Origin: Squalus acanthias
Lineage: Eukaryota
Assembly: GCA_030390025.1 (NCBI GenBank)
Contig: CM059431.1
Span: forward strand, 158,846,001-158,910,000
Direction of reading: 5' to 3'
DNA: 64,000 bases
Under the pieces are notes generated by a model. The model saw only the letters and a list, made by a program, of their open reading frames with translations. It was not told where the DNA came from and did no database searches. The position numbers were made by a program, and so were the translations under genes. Of this stretch, positions 1 through 12,700 are shown piece by piece. How positions within the stretch are numbered: the first letter of the stretch is position 1; the number at the start of each line of letters is the position of its first letter.

Positions 1-3000
1 GTGAAAAAGCAGGAATTAAGTGCCACAAAGCATATTTGAAAGTTCTCTATCTGAATGCACGTAGCATTCGTAACAAAATAGACGAGTTAATAGCATAAAT
101 AACTATACATGGTTATGATATTGTGACCATTACAGAAACATGGCTGCAGGGTGACAATGCCTGGGAATTAAACATACCAGGTTATTTAACGATCAGGAAG
201 GACAGGCAGGAAGGAAGGGGAGGTGGGGTGGCTATGTTAATAAAGGAAGGAATCACTGTAATACAGAGTAATGATATTGGGTCAAAAAATCATGATAATG
301 AAACAGTTTGGGTGGAGCTAAGGAATAATAAGGGAAAAAAAACACTAGTGAGCGTAGTCTATAGGCCTCCGAACAGTTGCAACTCTGTTGGACGTAGTAT
401 CAATCAGGAAATGGTTGAGGCATGTAATAAGGGAATATCTATAATTATGGGGGATTTTAAATATCATATTAATTGGACAAATCAAATGGGGCAGCGCTGC
501 CTTGAGGATGAGTTCATTGAGTGTATTAGGGATGGGTTTCTTGAGCAGTATGTAACTGAACCGACCAGGGGGCAAGCAACCTTAGATCTGGTCCTGTGTA
601 ACGAGACAGGATTAATTAAAAATGTCCTAGTAAAGGATCCCCTTGGAATGAGTGACCATAACATGGTTGAATTCCATATTCAATTAGAGGGTGAGAAGGT
701 TGGATCTCAAACAAGCGTGCTAAGCTTGAATAAAGGAGACTATGAAGGTATGCGAGCGGAATTGAGTAGAGTGGATTGGGAAAATAGATTAAAGGGTAAG
801 ACGACACATGATCAGTGGTGTACATTCAAGGAGTTATTTTACAACTTCCAGAAAATATATATTCCACTGAAAAGAAAAGGGTGTAAAAGAAAGGACAGTC
901 ATCCGTTGCTAAGTAAAGAAATTAAGGATTGTATGCGACTAAAAACAAGGGCATATAAGTAGCGAAATCTAGTGGGAGGACAGAGGATTGGGAAATCTTT
1001 AAAAGGCAGCAAAAAATAACAAAAACATTGATTAAGAAAGGGAAGATAGATTATGAAAGTAAATTAGCAAAAAATATAAAAACAGATAGTAAGAGTTTTT
1101 ATAGTTATATAAAAAGAAAAAGGGTGGCTAAAGTAAATGTTGGTCCCTTAGAGGATGAGACCGGGAAATTAATGGTGGGAAATATGGAGATGGCAAAAAC
1201 ACTGAATGAATATTTTGTATCAGTCTTTACAGTCGAGGACATTAAGAATACCCCAACACTGGACAAACAGGGGGCTATAGGGGGAGAGGAGCTAAACACG
1301 ATCAAAATCACTAAGGAAGTGGTACTCGGTAAAATAATGGGACTCAAGGCGGATAAATCACCTGGACCTGATGGCTTACATCCTAGAGTCTTCAAGGAAG
1401 TGGCGGTAGGGATTGTAGATGCATTGGTAATAATTTTTCAAAACTCCCTGGATTCCGCTAAGGTCCCGGCAGACTGGAAAACTGCTAATGTAACACCCTT
1501 ATTTAAAAAGGGAAGTAGACAGAAGGCTGGTAACTATAGACCGGTTAGCCTAACATCTGTGGTAGGTAACATTTTGGAGTCCATTATTAAGGAAACAGTA
1601 ACAGGACATTTGGATAATCATAATTTAATAGGACAAAGTCAGCATGGTTTTACGAAGGGGAAGTCATGTTTGACAAATTTGCTGGAGTTCTTTGAGGAAG
1701 TAACACATAGAGTGGATAAAGGGGAACCAGTGGACGTAGTGTATTTAGACTTCCAAAAGGCATTTGACAAGGTGCCACACAAAAGATTATTGCTTAAGGT
1801 AAAAAATCACGGGATTGGGGGTAATATTCTGGCATGGATAGAGGATTGGCTATCTAACAGAAAGCAAAGAGTTGGGATAAATGGTTCATTCTCAGACTGG
1901 CAATCAGTAACTAGTGGTGTTCCACAGGGGTCAGTGCTGGGTCCCCAACTCTTTACAATCTATATTAACGATTTGGAGGAAGGGACCAAGTGTAACATAT
2001 CAAAATTTGCAGATGATACAAAGATGGGAGGGAAAGTAGTGAGTGAGGAGGAAATAAAAAACCTGCAAGGGGACATAGACAGGCTAAGTAAGTGGGCAGA
2101 GATTTGGCAGATGGAATACAACACTGGAAAGTGTGAGGTGATGCACTTTGGCAGGAAAAATCCTAGAGCAATTTATTATCTTAATGGCAAGAAACTGGAG
2201 AGTACTGAAGTGCAAAGGGATCTGGGAGTCCTTGCGCACGAAACTCAAAAGGTTAGTATGCAGGTGCAGCAAGTGATTAAGAAGGCAAATGGAATGTTGG
2301 CTTTCATTGCTAGGGGGATAGAATATCAAAATAGGGAGGTATTGCTTCAGTTGTACAAGGTATTGGTGAGACCGCACCTGGAATACTGCATACAGTTTTG
2401 GTGTCCTTACTTAAGGAAAGACATCCTTGCTCTCGAGGCAGTGCAAAAAAGGTTCACTCGGTTAATCCCGGGGATGAGGGGGTGGTCATATGAGGAGAGG
2501 TTGGGTAGATTTGGACTCTACTCATTGGAGTTCAGAAGAATGAGAGGCGATCTTATTGAAGCATGTAAGATTGTGAAGGGGTTGGATCGGGTGGATGCGG
2601 GGAGGATGTTCCCGATGACGGGTGAGACTAGAACTAGGGGACATAGTCTTAGAATAAGGGGCTGCTCTTTCAAAACTGAGATGAGGAGGAACTACTTCAC
2701 TCAGAGGGTGGTAGGTCCATGGAATATGCTGCCACCAAAAGCTGTAGAAGCTACATCTTTAAATAAATTTAAAACATAAATAGACAGTTTACTAGAAGTA
2801 AAGGGCATTAAGGGTTACGGGGAGCGGGAAGGAATTTGGACATGAGTATAGGTTCGGATCGGTCATGGCCCTGTGGGTAGTGGAGCGGGCCCAGGGACCG
2901 TGTAGCCTGATTCTGCTCCTATTTCGTGTGTGCAATTCTGTTAGATGCAGGAGATGGTTCTGTGATAGATACTGGATTGGCGGTTAGGATCAGATCAGCC

Positions 3001-3084
3001 ATGATCTTATTGAATGGCGGAGCAGGCTCGAGGGGCCGATTGGCCTACTCCTGCTCTTATTTCTTATGTTCTTATGTTCTTATG
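1..3084 (+). mobile_element. CR1-clade LINE (HER1-like): APE endonuclease + reverse transcriptase, disrupted; 5' end beyond the window
   Basis: ORF 123-962 has APE motifs (ITETW, YRPP, MGDF, LDLVL, SDH). ORF 1028-2779 has RT motifs (KSPGPDG, YLDFQKAFDKV, GVPQGSVLGP, YINDL, FADD). A stop at 960-962 and a frame change separate them. The 3' tail (TTCTTATG)x3 ends at ~3084 and joins array sequence 'ctccacccg'. Confidence 0.95.
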
Positions 3085-3565
3085 CTCCACCCGTTTTATT
3101 ATCGTGTAATTCCTATAAATCGTATCGCAATCATTTCCTACTTGGTACCTTCATATTGCTTCCCGACGGAATTATCTGATCCATTCCGTCCCAATATATC
3201 TGTGCTCGTGTGTTCTTGATTTGTTGAAATTGGTTATCCTGTACATATATATTGCTTTGATTTACTGTTCTTCTGAATTCTAATGATATCACTGCTTCTT
3301 AGATATCCGTTATCCGTTTGCAGTAATTGATCCAATACTCATTCCTTACCTGTTGTTCTGGAACCGTACCCATCTATCACACGTCCTGGATACGTGGCAG
3401 ATAGCACACTCCCTCTTGCACCCGTACATCAATTCTATACTTTAGATATTTTAAGTCCCCCATATCTCTGATACCCTCGCTAAAATGTCTCCATTTTTTC
3501 AATATATCGCTTCCTCAATTCGTGACCCACCACTTGTGAATGAAAATTAACTCCTCTTAGTTAAT

Positions 3566-4384
3566 GGCCAGGTTTTTCGATCGCAGGAATCCCGGGACCG
3601 CAGGTCTGCAATCTAGAAAAATCTACGCCCTTACCTTCTGCATCCCGGGACGCACACGACTCCGATCCTGGGCCTCTCCAATCTCCACTTGCGCAAGGCC
3701 CTATTATCCCAGAGGCACAGGCAGATTACAGGGTGCCTGGGATCATGTGGGCCATGGGGAGCCAATCAAAGTAGGGAAACTGTATTCATACACTTGACAG
3801 GAAGACCTTTCAGATATATGAATGGAGATCACCCCAAAAACATAGTGGCCCAGAAATACCTTTCGCAGGCCGCCCGCGGGCGGAGGACTGCGATCTGGAA
3901 AAATCTGTGCCTGGACCGGAGGGGTCCCGGGAGGCGCAGAGTTCCGTTGCTTGGTCTCTCCAAACTTCCGGTCCGCAGGGCCCAGGTATCCCAGAGGCGC
4001 AGGCGGTTCGCAGCGTCCCTGGGATCACGTAGGGAGCCAATCAGAGAAGGGAATCTCCCTTCACACATTTGACAGGAAGACCTGACAAAAATATGAATGA
4101 AATTCACCCCCAAAACATAGTAAAAGCAAGCCTTAGCCCTGCTTTTACCAGGCATACGATTTCTAATGGTTTTCTGCAGGCGGGGGTTCTACAGAAAGCG
4201 GAACTATCCGTCCGCAGAGGACATTCTCCAAGCTCGGCGTCCAATCTGTCAAGAGCATTCTTGACAAATCGGAAATTACGTGTTTCAGCGCATGCGCTTG
4301 GCATGCCTGAAACCGGCATTTCCGCTGTCCCGACGGTTGTGCACACAGCGTGTACACACCAGTAAGGATCGGAATATCCGGCCC
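3566..4384. mobile_element. MITE M1, non-autonomous TIR element (PIF/Harbinger-like)
   Basis: Imperfect TIRs GGCCAGGTTTTTCGATC ... GATCGGAATATCCGGCCC, flanked by AAT/ATT; ~290-bp internal duplication. Other copies: 10489-11307, 17423-18241, 24337-25157, 31266-32084, 38200-39019, 51249-52066. Absent from the unit at ~44.5 kb. Confidence 0.7.
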
Positions 4385-5140
4385 ATTAACGCCAAGCTCC
4401 CAGCCGTGCGCTTACCTTAACCATTTCTTCATATAATAACTGCCTAGAGCATCATCAGACAATCGCTACCTTCATTTAATCAGCTTTATTCACCATGCTT
4501 TATTAATATATGTGTTATATAACTTCAGGAAATATTCGAAAAGAGATCAGATAGACATCATGGATGAGACTCGGAATTTTATTTTAAATAGGACATGATG
4601 GCTGTCATGAATAGAGATGCCGGTAATGTTATGTCTCTGAGTGATGGGCAGAAGAATGAACGTGAAGGCTTAAAGTTGCGTAACCCATGGACTGGATGAA
4701 TTTTGCGAGTGCTTGGTGAGACGTAGAATAATGCAGATATTTTGAGGTTGTTAATTATAAATAATAACTGTGGCAGGGAAGTTGGTAGATAGGCAGGTAG
4801 AATCAGCCATGCAGTGAAGTTGGAAGGAGAAAAGAAATGGAAGCAACGACTTGGATATGTTCAGTAGAAAGTTCTAGAAATTGGTGCCACCGGCAGTGAC
4901 TCAAATGAATCGTCTCGTTTAATTAAAATGCACGTCACCTTTGCTAAAGAACGGACAGAATTTCTCGGCCGTGAGCGACAGCTTATTTTAAATATGTCAG
5001 TTAATTTATTTTCCTGAGATTAGATATATGTGGCTATTAGATGTTCTATCTAGCTCCAGGATATCCATTGTGTCTCTGCTGAGGACGCGTGATGCTTGTG
5101 CTGCTAGTGGTATCTTATTCAAATATGCATTACAATATTT

Positions 5141-5898
5141 GGCCCGTAATTTCCGTTAGGAGTCTTCCTGCGTGCGCATGCCTCCGATCGGGAATAAATC
5201 TACGCCGTTACCTGAGGGCTCCCGAGGAGGAGCCATTTCCGATCCTGGGCCTGTCCAGAGGTGAAATGCGCAGGGCCCACCTGATCCCAGGGACGCTTGC
5301 GAAGCTCGTGAGCCCCGGAGATAGGTGGACAGGCGAGAGAATAGAGGGGAATCTCCCTTCATACATTTGACAGATAGACCTGTCAAAGGTATGAATGTAG
5401 ATCACCCGAAAAACAAATCAAAACAATAAATACATTTTTACAAAGCATCGCGTTTATAGAAATGAGTAACATTTATACTAATTTAAATAATTTAAACTAA
5501 AATTTAATGTTACGAAAAAAATAATTAAAGATTTTTACGGAGCTAAAATTAAACTTACCTTATTTAGAAGTACTTTAAAATTATAAATGAGCGAAAAAAT
5601 ATGTATTTTTTTACTTTTTTAAACTCTAGTGTGTGGGAAAAGCAGGCCTTACGCCTGCTTTTACCAAGAGTACGATTTTTAAGTGTTTTCAAGATCGAAT
5701 GTCCTGCAGCAAGCGGAAATCTCCACTCGCAGAGGCCCTTCTTTGGGGCAAGCGTCCAATCTGTCAAGATGATTCTTGACAGATCGGAAATGCCGGTTTT
5801 AGCGCATGCGCTTCGCATGCCTGAAACCGGCATTACCGATGTCCCTCCCGGTGTGTACACAGCGCGTACTCACACGTAGGCATCGGAAAATACGAGCC
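5141..5898. mobile_element. MITE M2, related to M1 (PIF/Harbinger-like)
   Basis: TIRs GGCCCGTAATTTCCG ... CGGAAAATACGAGCC; AT-rich core. Other copies: 12063-12818, 18998-19754, 25926-26657, 32839-33594, 39777-40533, 45174-45929, 54746-55496. Confidence 0.75.
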
Positions 5899-6039
5899 AT
5901 TGTGTCTTGGCGTGTTCCTTGCAATCCTGAAATTTGGATTAATTGCTCCTTGGATAGGATGCAATTTATGTCCGATTACAGAAACAACAGTAACCCGGAT
6001 CCCTGCAGAAATAGCTTAAATGCAAGACGTTTTCACTGA

Positions 6040-6305
6040 ATTATCAGTTGATTGGAGACTCTCTTTCTGCAGATGGTTTTTGCATGTCACTTATGCGGCA
6101 CAAATGTTGTTTGCTGATTATCCACCAAAACTGGCATATTGACCAGATCGTGTTGCATACGGACATGGACTGTTAGTCACCTGCGGAATTGGGAATGGAA
6201 TTGAACACTGCAATCATCAGTGTACAGCCCCAATTCTGACCGTATGACAGAAACAAATGAATTGATGATGCAGCTGACGATATTTGGTTCGAGGATTCTT
6301 CCACG
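6040..6305 (-). mobile_element. Old CR1-clade RT fragment, present in every unit
   Basis: Its reverse complement matches 60290-60500 of the nested LINE by eye (cagctgcatcatcaat...tgatgattgcag...gtccatg..cgtatgcaacaagatctgg). Confidence 0.6.
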
Positions 6306-6627
6306 ATGAACTCATGGTTATAACATGAGATGCTGTTCTCTTATTATTTAACGCATTCAAAACGACAAGTTATGTTTCCTTTGAGACGATATCAGCTGTA
6401 ATCTAAGAGCAGGTAAAAGGGTGGGCCGTGAGAATGCTGTTATCATTCACTCCATGGCTTTCAAGTCCTCGCACCACCACACCTGCGCCGCGAACATAAA
6501 GTCGCCAGAGAATACAACCTTTACAGCAGCAAAGCCATGCCGTTCCAGACCGACTTGAACAATCTCCCACCAACCCGTCTCAAATTTATGAGGCCATTTA
6601 GACAATTCCAACATATATGTAGCATAC

Positions 6628-6797
6628 CTTATGAATTGTTTCAGTAAACACGTTTGCATCTAAGAGCGATTGACTAACAGCTTCCACGAATTCTTCAATT
6701 GACGATTCTAGTCCCTGACGGTAGCAGCCGATAATTCTTCCAAGCTGGATATCCGTGTAGCTCGCCAACATTAGTAACATTTTAGTATCTGAATTTT
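6628..6797 (-). CDS. Exon A1 (first half of CARD-like domain)
   Basis: Acceptor ttttacag|AA, donor AAG|gtatgc; (E)NSDTKMLLMLASYTDIQLGRIIGCYRQGLESSIEEFVEAVSQSLLDANVFTETIHK; 170 nt. Confidence 0.8.
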
Positions 6798-9700
6798 CTG
6801 TAAAAGTGTAAATGAGAACAGGTTACAATACTATGTTTGCTTTGAAGCAATGAATAATTTGAACTAACTTTTAGAGCAGCAGGTTTTCTTTAGAGCCTTT
6901 CAAACACTGAGACGGCCAATGGCGCCTCACAGAGCAGGAATTTAGAGTTAAACTGCCTCCTTTTCGTAGAGTTAATAGAAACAACCTAGTACTTGCAACA
7001 CGTGGAGGTTGTTTAAAGTAAGTAGGAAGTAAAGAGTGGAAGCCCAAGGCAACGGATTCCAATCAGTGGTGCTGACGACTTTGTTGGAGTCCGGAGCAGA
7101 GGAACCAATAATCTGGGGACCACAGCAAAGGGAGAGGATAGACCAGAAATAAAAGAGGGTTTCTGAAGAAAACTGTAAAATTAAGACGCTCGAGACCGTA
7201 AAGGGAATTGTAGATGAGTAGGAGTCTTTCATAAATTGTCTGGGATAGCAAGTGAATGTCGGTCACCGACGAATGGGATTACGGATAAGTGGAGATGAGG
7301 GTGAATTGATGAATTGAAGCAGTCGAGCTCTGGAGATTCTATCTGGCAGTGCCCTTAAGTCGTTCAAGGAATCGAGTCTAAACGTCACAAAAGCGTATCT
7401 AAAACACGAGCAAATATTCATATGTTATCATATATCCAGAAAATTATAATATGATGATTGCGGACGGTAATCTGAGAATCCATTCGAAATTTATTGCTTG
7501 GATTCACCAGATGCTGCTGAGCAATTAGAAATAGTCGTGACTGTCGCTTGTTAGCCTAAAGAGCTCATAAATAATGCACAGATAGTTAAAGAAAGTAACA
7601 GTAAATGCAAGCTCATTCCTTCTTTCTTGTGAAAACTAAACTGCGAAACGGACCGGATAAATTGAAATACTGTGAATGTGAATGTACTCAAAATAAATTT
7701 GATAGATATCAATACAACAATTACAAGAACACAACATTGGGAAAAAGTTATTGATATCAAATTGAAATAATAACTAATTCTCAAATACCAGATCTGAAAC
7801 ATGACAATAGCTGGTAGGAATCATAATTGAATGTAACTGATTCTAAAATGCCTATCGATGGAAGTAGAAAGGCCTGAGAGATACTAAATAAAGAACGGCG
7901 CGGAATCAGCGGTCAGCGCAAAGCAAAGGCATTTGCTGCGGAAACAAAGTAAGCTTGACATAAAGATCTCGCAATCAGGTTTTCCGAAGTGTAATTCAAA
8001 TCAACGGGGCATCATTGGGAATCCCGAGTGCAAGCTGCTGTGAAGTCAACAGGCTGTCTAAGCATCCAACCAAAACGCAGAATTCTCACAGACAGAGAAC
8101 AAGGAAGTGAATAAGCTGTTAAACTTCTAACATTTAAAGAAATGACTGAGCGAACGAAACGAATATTGGGGCTCTAACATGGGGAAAATGCAAAGCAGAA
8201 ATAAGGAGGAAAAGTCTTTTAAAATAATTACATTTTCAGAATAATGTTAATTTTTATTTAAATGAATAAAGTTGTCTCTGCACAAAATAAAAAAATAGAT
8301 GTTCTGGCCTTCACATTTGTTTAGAATTCAATAAGCTGTTGCAATCCAGTTACGCCCTTCCCTTTCAGTCAAACTTTTAGTGGGGAATTCAAGAGCGCAA
8401 TTACTGTGAAAGAGCCGAAGATTACATCTGTTTCCCTGATTTGAGAGATTTCCATGATTACCGGCTCTTGGTGGGCACACCGCTGCCTCTGCAATTTTAT
8501 TGGAATCAAAGGAAGGGAACATAGGACCGAGCGAACAACGGGCAGCAGGTGCAATACCGACCGTTTTTCGGCGAGGACAAAACACAGGCCGTATCGCATC
8601 CATCGCCTATTATATGTTGCGCGCGAATAAACTTGATTTGAGCTGAATATCGGGCGTGTTTGTAACTGTCGGCAAATGTTACCGGCCATTGTGTGTCCCC
8701 GACAATTAGAATTTCATCCTCCTGGACATTAACTTAAAATAAGTTCCTCGACATAAATAATGAACTCTCTTACTCTGAAAGTAAACGAGATCTTTTGCAA
8801 ATAGATTTTGACATCGCCTACATTCTAGATCATGTTTTGTTCCTGTACCTGTCTTCTGTATCTCTGATAATGTGGCTTTCAGTTTGGGTTTTGTATTCTG
8901 CAGTTGAAGAAATATGTTCCACATTGTTCGTTCTCCCCGAGCTCCCTTTTCCAGCGCGGTATCGAAAATGCGTTGGGAAGCATCGTTTCTGCGCTGACTT
9001 TCAGCAAGTGTACTGATTTCCTAAAAAAAATATTGCAATCATATTGAACAAAGTATTTTACAAAATCAGCTAAGAAACGTCGGTTTTCTTTCTCCCTCTC
9101 TTTATGGGAGGAATGAATAGAAAAGCTCACAATCAGGTGACCAATATCTATTTCAACGGGATAAGTTATCAGGAGCGTCTCGAAAGAGCAGATAATTGCA
9201 GACGGCCGGAGAGGATTTGAGAGTTAATTCCAGAGTTTACGACCGAGGCAGCACAACGCACGGCTACCAATGGTGGCGTGAAGAGAATCGGAGTTGTGCA
9301 ATGGTTCAGAATTTGATGAGCACAGAGATCACGGAGGATTGTAGGGCTGGAGGATGTTGCAGAGATAGAGAGGACTAGCTTTGAGTCACCGAGGGAAGCT
9401 GAATTTTCTCAAATGATATGAAAAAATGTTAAGTGCCAAATAAAAGGGGAAAAGTCAGATTTCAGGAATATGCTTCGTGCAAAATGAAGCATTATTTGTT
9501 CTTAGTAACAGCAATGTTCTGGAAAGCGCAGAACCTGCTTTTAGAAACTCAAACTGCTCAGATTGTAAAACAATGCGGGTGAAATTGGAATCGGCGAGTC
9601 ACATGACAGGTGCTGATAGCGAATGGTCGGCTCGTGTTACACCCGTCCGTATTTCTTTATCATTGATTGCAATTAGACTTCCGTTCATTTCAAGTGTCAT

Positions 9701-12700
9701 TCATCGAAACAGCAGCACAAGCTTATCAGTAAATCCTTCATCTTCTATATGAACCATTTGCTTTGAATACGTGAATAGTCCTGTCTTATGAGTAACTATT
9801 TTATTTGAAGTGTTTATGAAATGTGATCATTGTCCCGAATTCTGTCATCTGCCAATCACCAAATTCTTAAACTGTCAACGTTTTACCTTCTGCTCGTTAA
9901 CCTCTATGTTTCTTTGATTTGATTTATATAATCAACACCCTACATTCAATTTTTAAATCTACTTTTCATTTCCTTTTCTATCCACATCCAAGTAATTCTT
10001 GTATGTGCTCCACCCGTTTTATTATCGTGTAATTCCTATATATCGTATCGCAATCATTTCCTTCTTGGTACCTTCGTATCGCTTCCCGACGGAATTAACT
10101 GATCCATTCCGTCCCAATATATCTGGGCTAGTGTGTTCTTCATTTGTTGAAATTGGTTATCCTGTACATATATATTGCTTTGATATACTGTTCTTCTGAA
10201 TTCTAATGATATCATTGCTTCTGAGATATCAGTTATCCGTTTGCAGAAATGGATCCAATACTCATTCCTTCCCTGTTGTTCTGGAAACGTACCCATCTAT
10301 CTCATGTCCTGGATACGTGGCAGATAGCACACTCCCTCTTCCACCTGTACATCACTTCTGTACTTCAGATATTTAAAGTCATCCATATCTCTGATAGCCT
10401 CGCTAAAATGTCTCCATTTTTTCAATATATCGTTTCCTCAATCCGTGACCCACCACTTGTGCATGATAATGAACTCCTCATAGTTAATGCCCAGTTTTTT
10501 CGATCGCAGGAATCCTGGGTGCGCAGGTCTGCAATCTGGAAAAATCTACGCCCTTACATTCGGGATCCCGGGACGCACACGATTCCGATCCTGGGCCTCT
10601 CCAATCTCCACTTGCGCATGGCCCTATTATCCCAGAGGATCAGGCAGATTACACGGTGCCTGGGATCATGTGGGCCATGGGGAGCCAATCAAAGTAGGAA
10701 AAATGCCTTCATACACTTGACAGGAACACCTGTCAAATATATGAATGGAGATCACCCCAAAAACATATTGGCGAAGAAATTCCTTTCGCAGGCCGCCCGC
10801 GGGCGGAGAACTGCAATCTGGAAAAATCTGTGACTGAATTGGAGGCCTCCCGGGAGGCGCAGAGTTCCGTTGCTTGGTCTCTCCAAACTTCCGGTGCGCA
10901 GGGCCCACTTATCCCAGAGGCGCTTGCGGGTCGCAGCGTCCCTGGGATCACGCAGGGAGCCAATCAGAGAAGGGAATCTCCCTTCATACACTTAACAGGA
11001 AGACCTGTCCAATATATGAATGGAATTCACCCCGAAAACAAAGTAAAAGCAAGCCTTAGCCCTGCTTTTAGCAGGCATACAATTTCTAATAGTTTCCTGC
11101 AGGCGGGGGTTCTCCAGAAAGCCGAACTATCCGTCCGCAGAGGACATTCTCCAGGCTTGGCGTCCAATCTGTCAAGAGCATTCTTGATAGATCGGAAATT
11201 ACGGATTTCAGCGCATGCGCTTGGCATGCCTGAAACCGGCATTTCCGATGTCCCTGCGGTTGTGTGCACAGCGCGTACACACCGGTAAGGATCGGAATAT
11301 CCGGCCCATTAACGCCAAGCTCCCAGCCGTCCGCTTACATTAACCATGTCTTCATATCATAACTTCCTAGAGCATCATCAGACAATCGCTACCTTCAACT
11401 AATCAGCTTTATTCACCATGCTTTATTAATATGTAATATATAACTTCAGGAAATATTCGAAAAGAGATCAGATAGACATCAAGGATGCGATTCGGAATTT
11501 TATTTTAAATAGGACATGATGGCTGTCTTGACAGGAGATGCCGGTAATGTTGATGTCCTTGAGCATTGGGCAGAAGAATGAACGTGAAGGCTTAAAGTTG
11601 CGTAACCCATGGACTGGATGAATTTTGCGAGTGCTTGGTGAGACGTAGAAAAATGCAGATTTTTTGAGGTTGTTAATTATAAGTAATAACTGTGGCAGGG
11701 AAGTTGGTAGATAGGCAGGTAGAATCCGCCATGCAGTGAAGTTGGAAGGAGAAAATAAATGGAAGCAACGACTTGAATATGTTCAGTAGAAAGTTCTAGA
11801 AATTGGTGCCACGGGCAGTGACTCACAGAAATCGTCTCGTTTAATTAAAATGCTCGTCTGCTTTGCTAAAGAACGGACAGAATTTCTCGGCCGTGAGCGA
11901 CAGCTTATTTTAAATGTGTCAGTTAATTTCATTTCCTGAGATTAGATATATGTGGCTATTAGATGTTCTATCCAGCTCCAGGATATCCATTGGGACTTTG
12001 CTGAGGACGCGTGTTGGTTGTGCTGCTAGTGGTATCTTATTCAAATATTCATTACAATATTTGGCCCTTAATTTCCTTTAGGAGGCTGCCTGCGTGCGGT
12101 TAACTCCTGCCGGGAATAAATCTACGCCCTTACCTGAGTGCTCCCAAGGAGGAGCCATTTCCGATCCTGGGCCTGTCCACAGTAGAAATGCGGAGGGCCC
12201 ACCTGATCCCAGGGACACTTGCGACGCTCGTGAGCCCCTGAGATAGGTGGACAGGCGAGAGAATAGAAGGGAATCTCCCTTCATACCTTTGACAGATAGA
12301 GCTGTCAAAGGTATGAATAAAGATCACCCCAAAAGCAAATCAAATCAATAAATACATTTTTCAAAAGCATCGCGTTTTTAAAATGAGTAACATTTAAATT
12401 AATTTAAATATTTTAAACAAAAATTTAATGTTTTGAAAAAATTTATCATAGATTTTTACGGATCTAAAATTAAACTTACCTTATTTAGAAGTACTTAAAA
12501 ATTATAAATGAGCGAAAGAATATGTATTTTTTTACTTTTTTAAACTCTTGTGCTCTGAAAAGCAGGCGTTACGCCTGCTTTTACCAGGAGTACGATTTTT
12601 AAGTGTTTTCAAGACCGGATGTCCTGCAGCAAGCGGAAATCTCCACCCGCAGAGGCCCTTCTCTGGGGCAAGCGTCCGATCTGTGAAGTTGATTCTTGAC

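Noticed and set aside
3564..5900. Many recurring 60-195 aa ORFs in M1/M2 (e.g. 10249-10833, 17342-17929)
   Set aside because: They lie in GC-rich palindromic MITEs, their stops and frames differ between copies, and they have no transposase or other recognisable motif.
8200..8687. Possible fourth, truncated MITE ending ...ttaccggcc|att
   Set aside because: The right end resembles the M1-M3 termini, but no matching left TIR was found.
9483..9581. Signal-peptide-like plus-strand ORF MKHYLFLVTAMFWKA...
   Set aside because: It stops after about 32 codons, is frameshifted or interrupted in other copies, and has no supporting splice structure.
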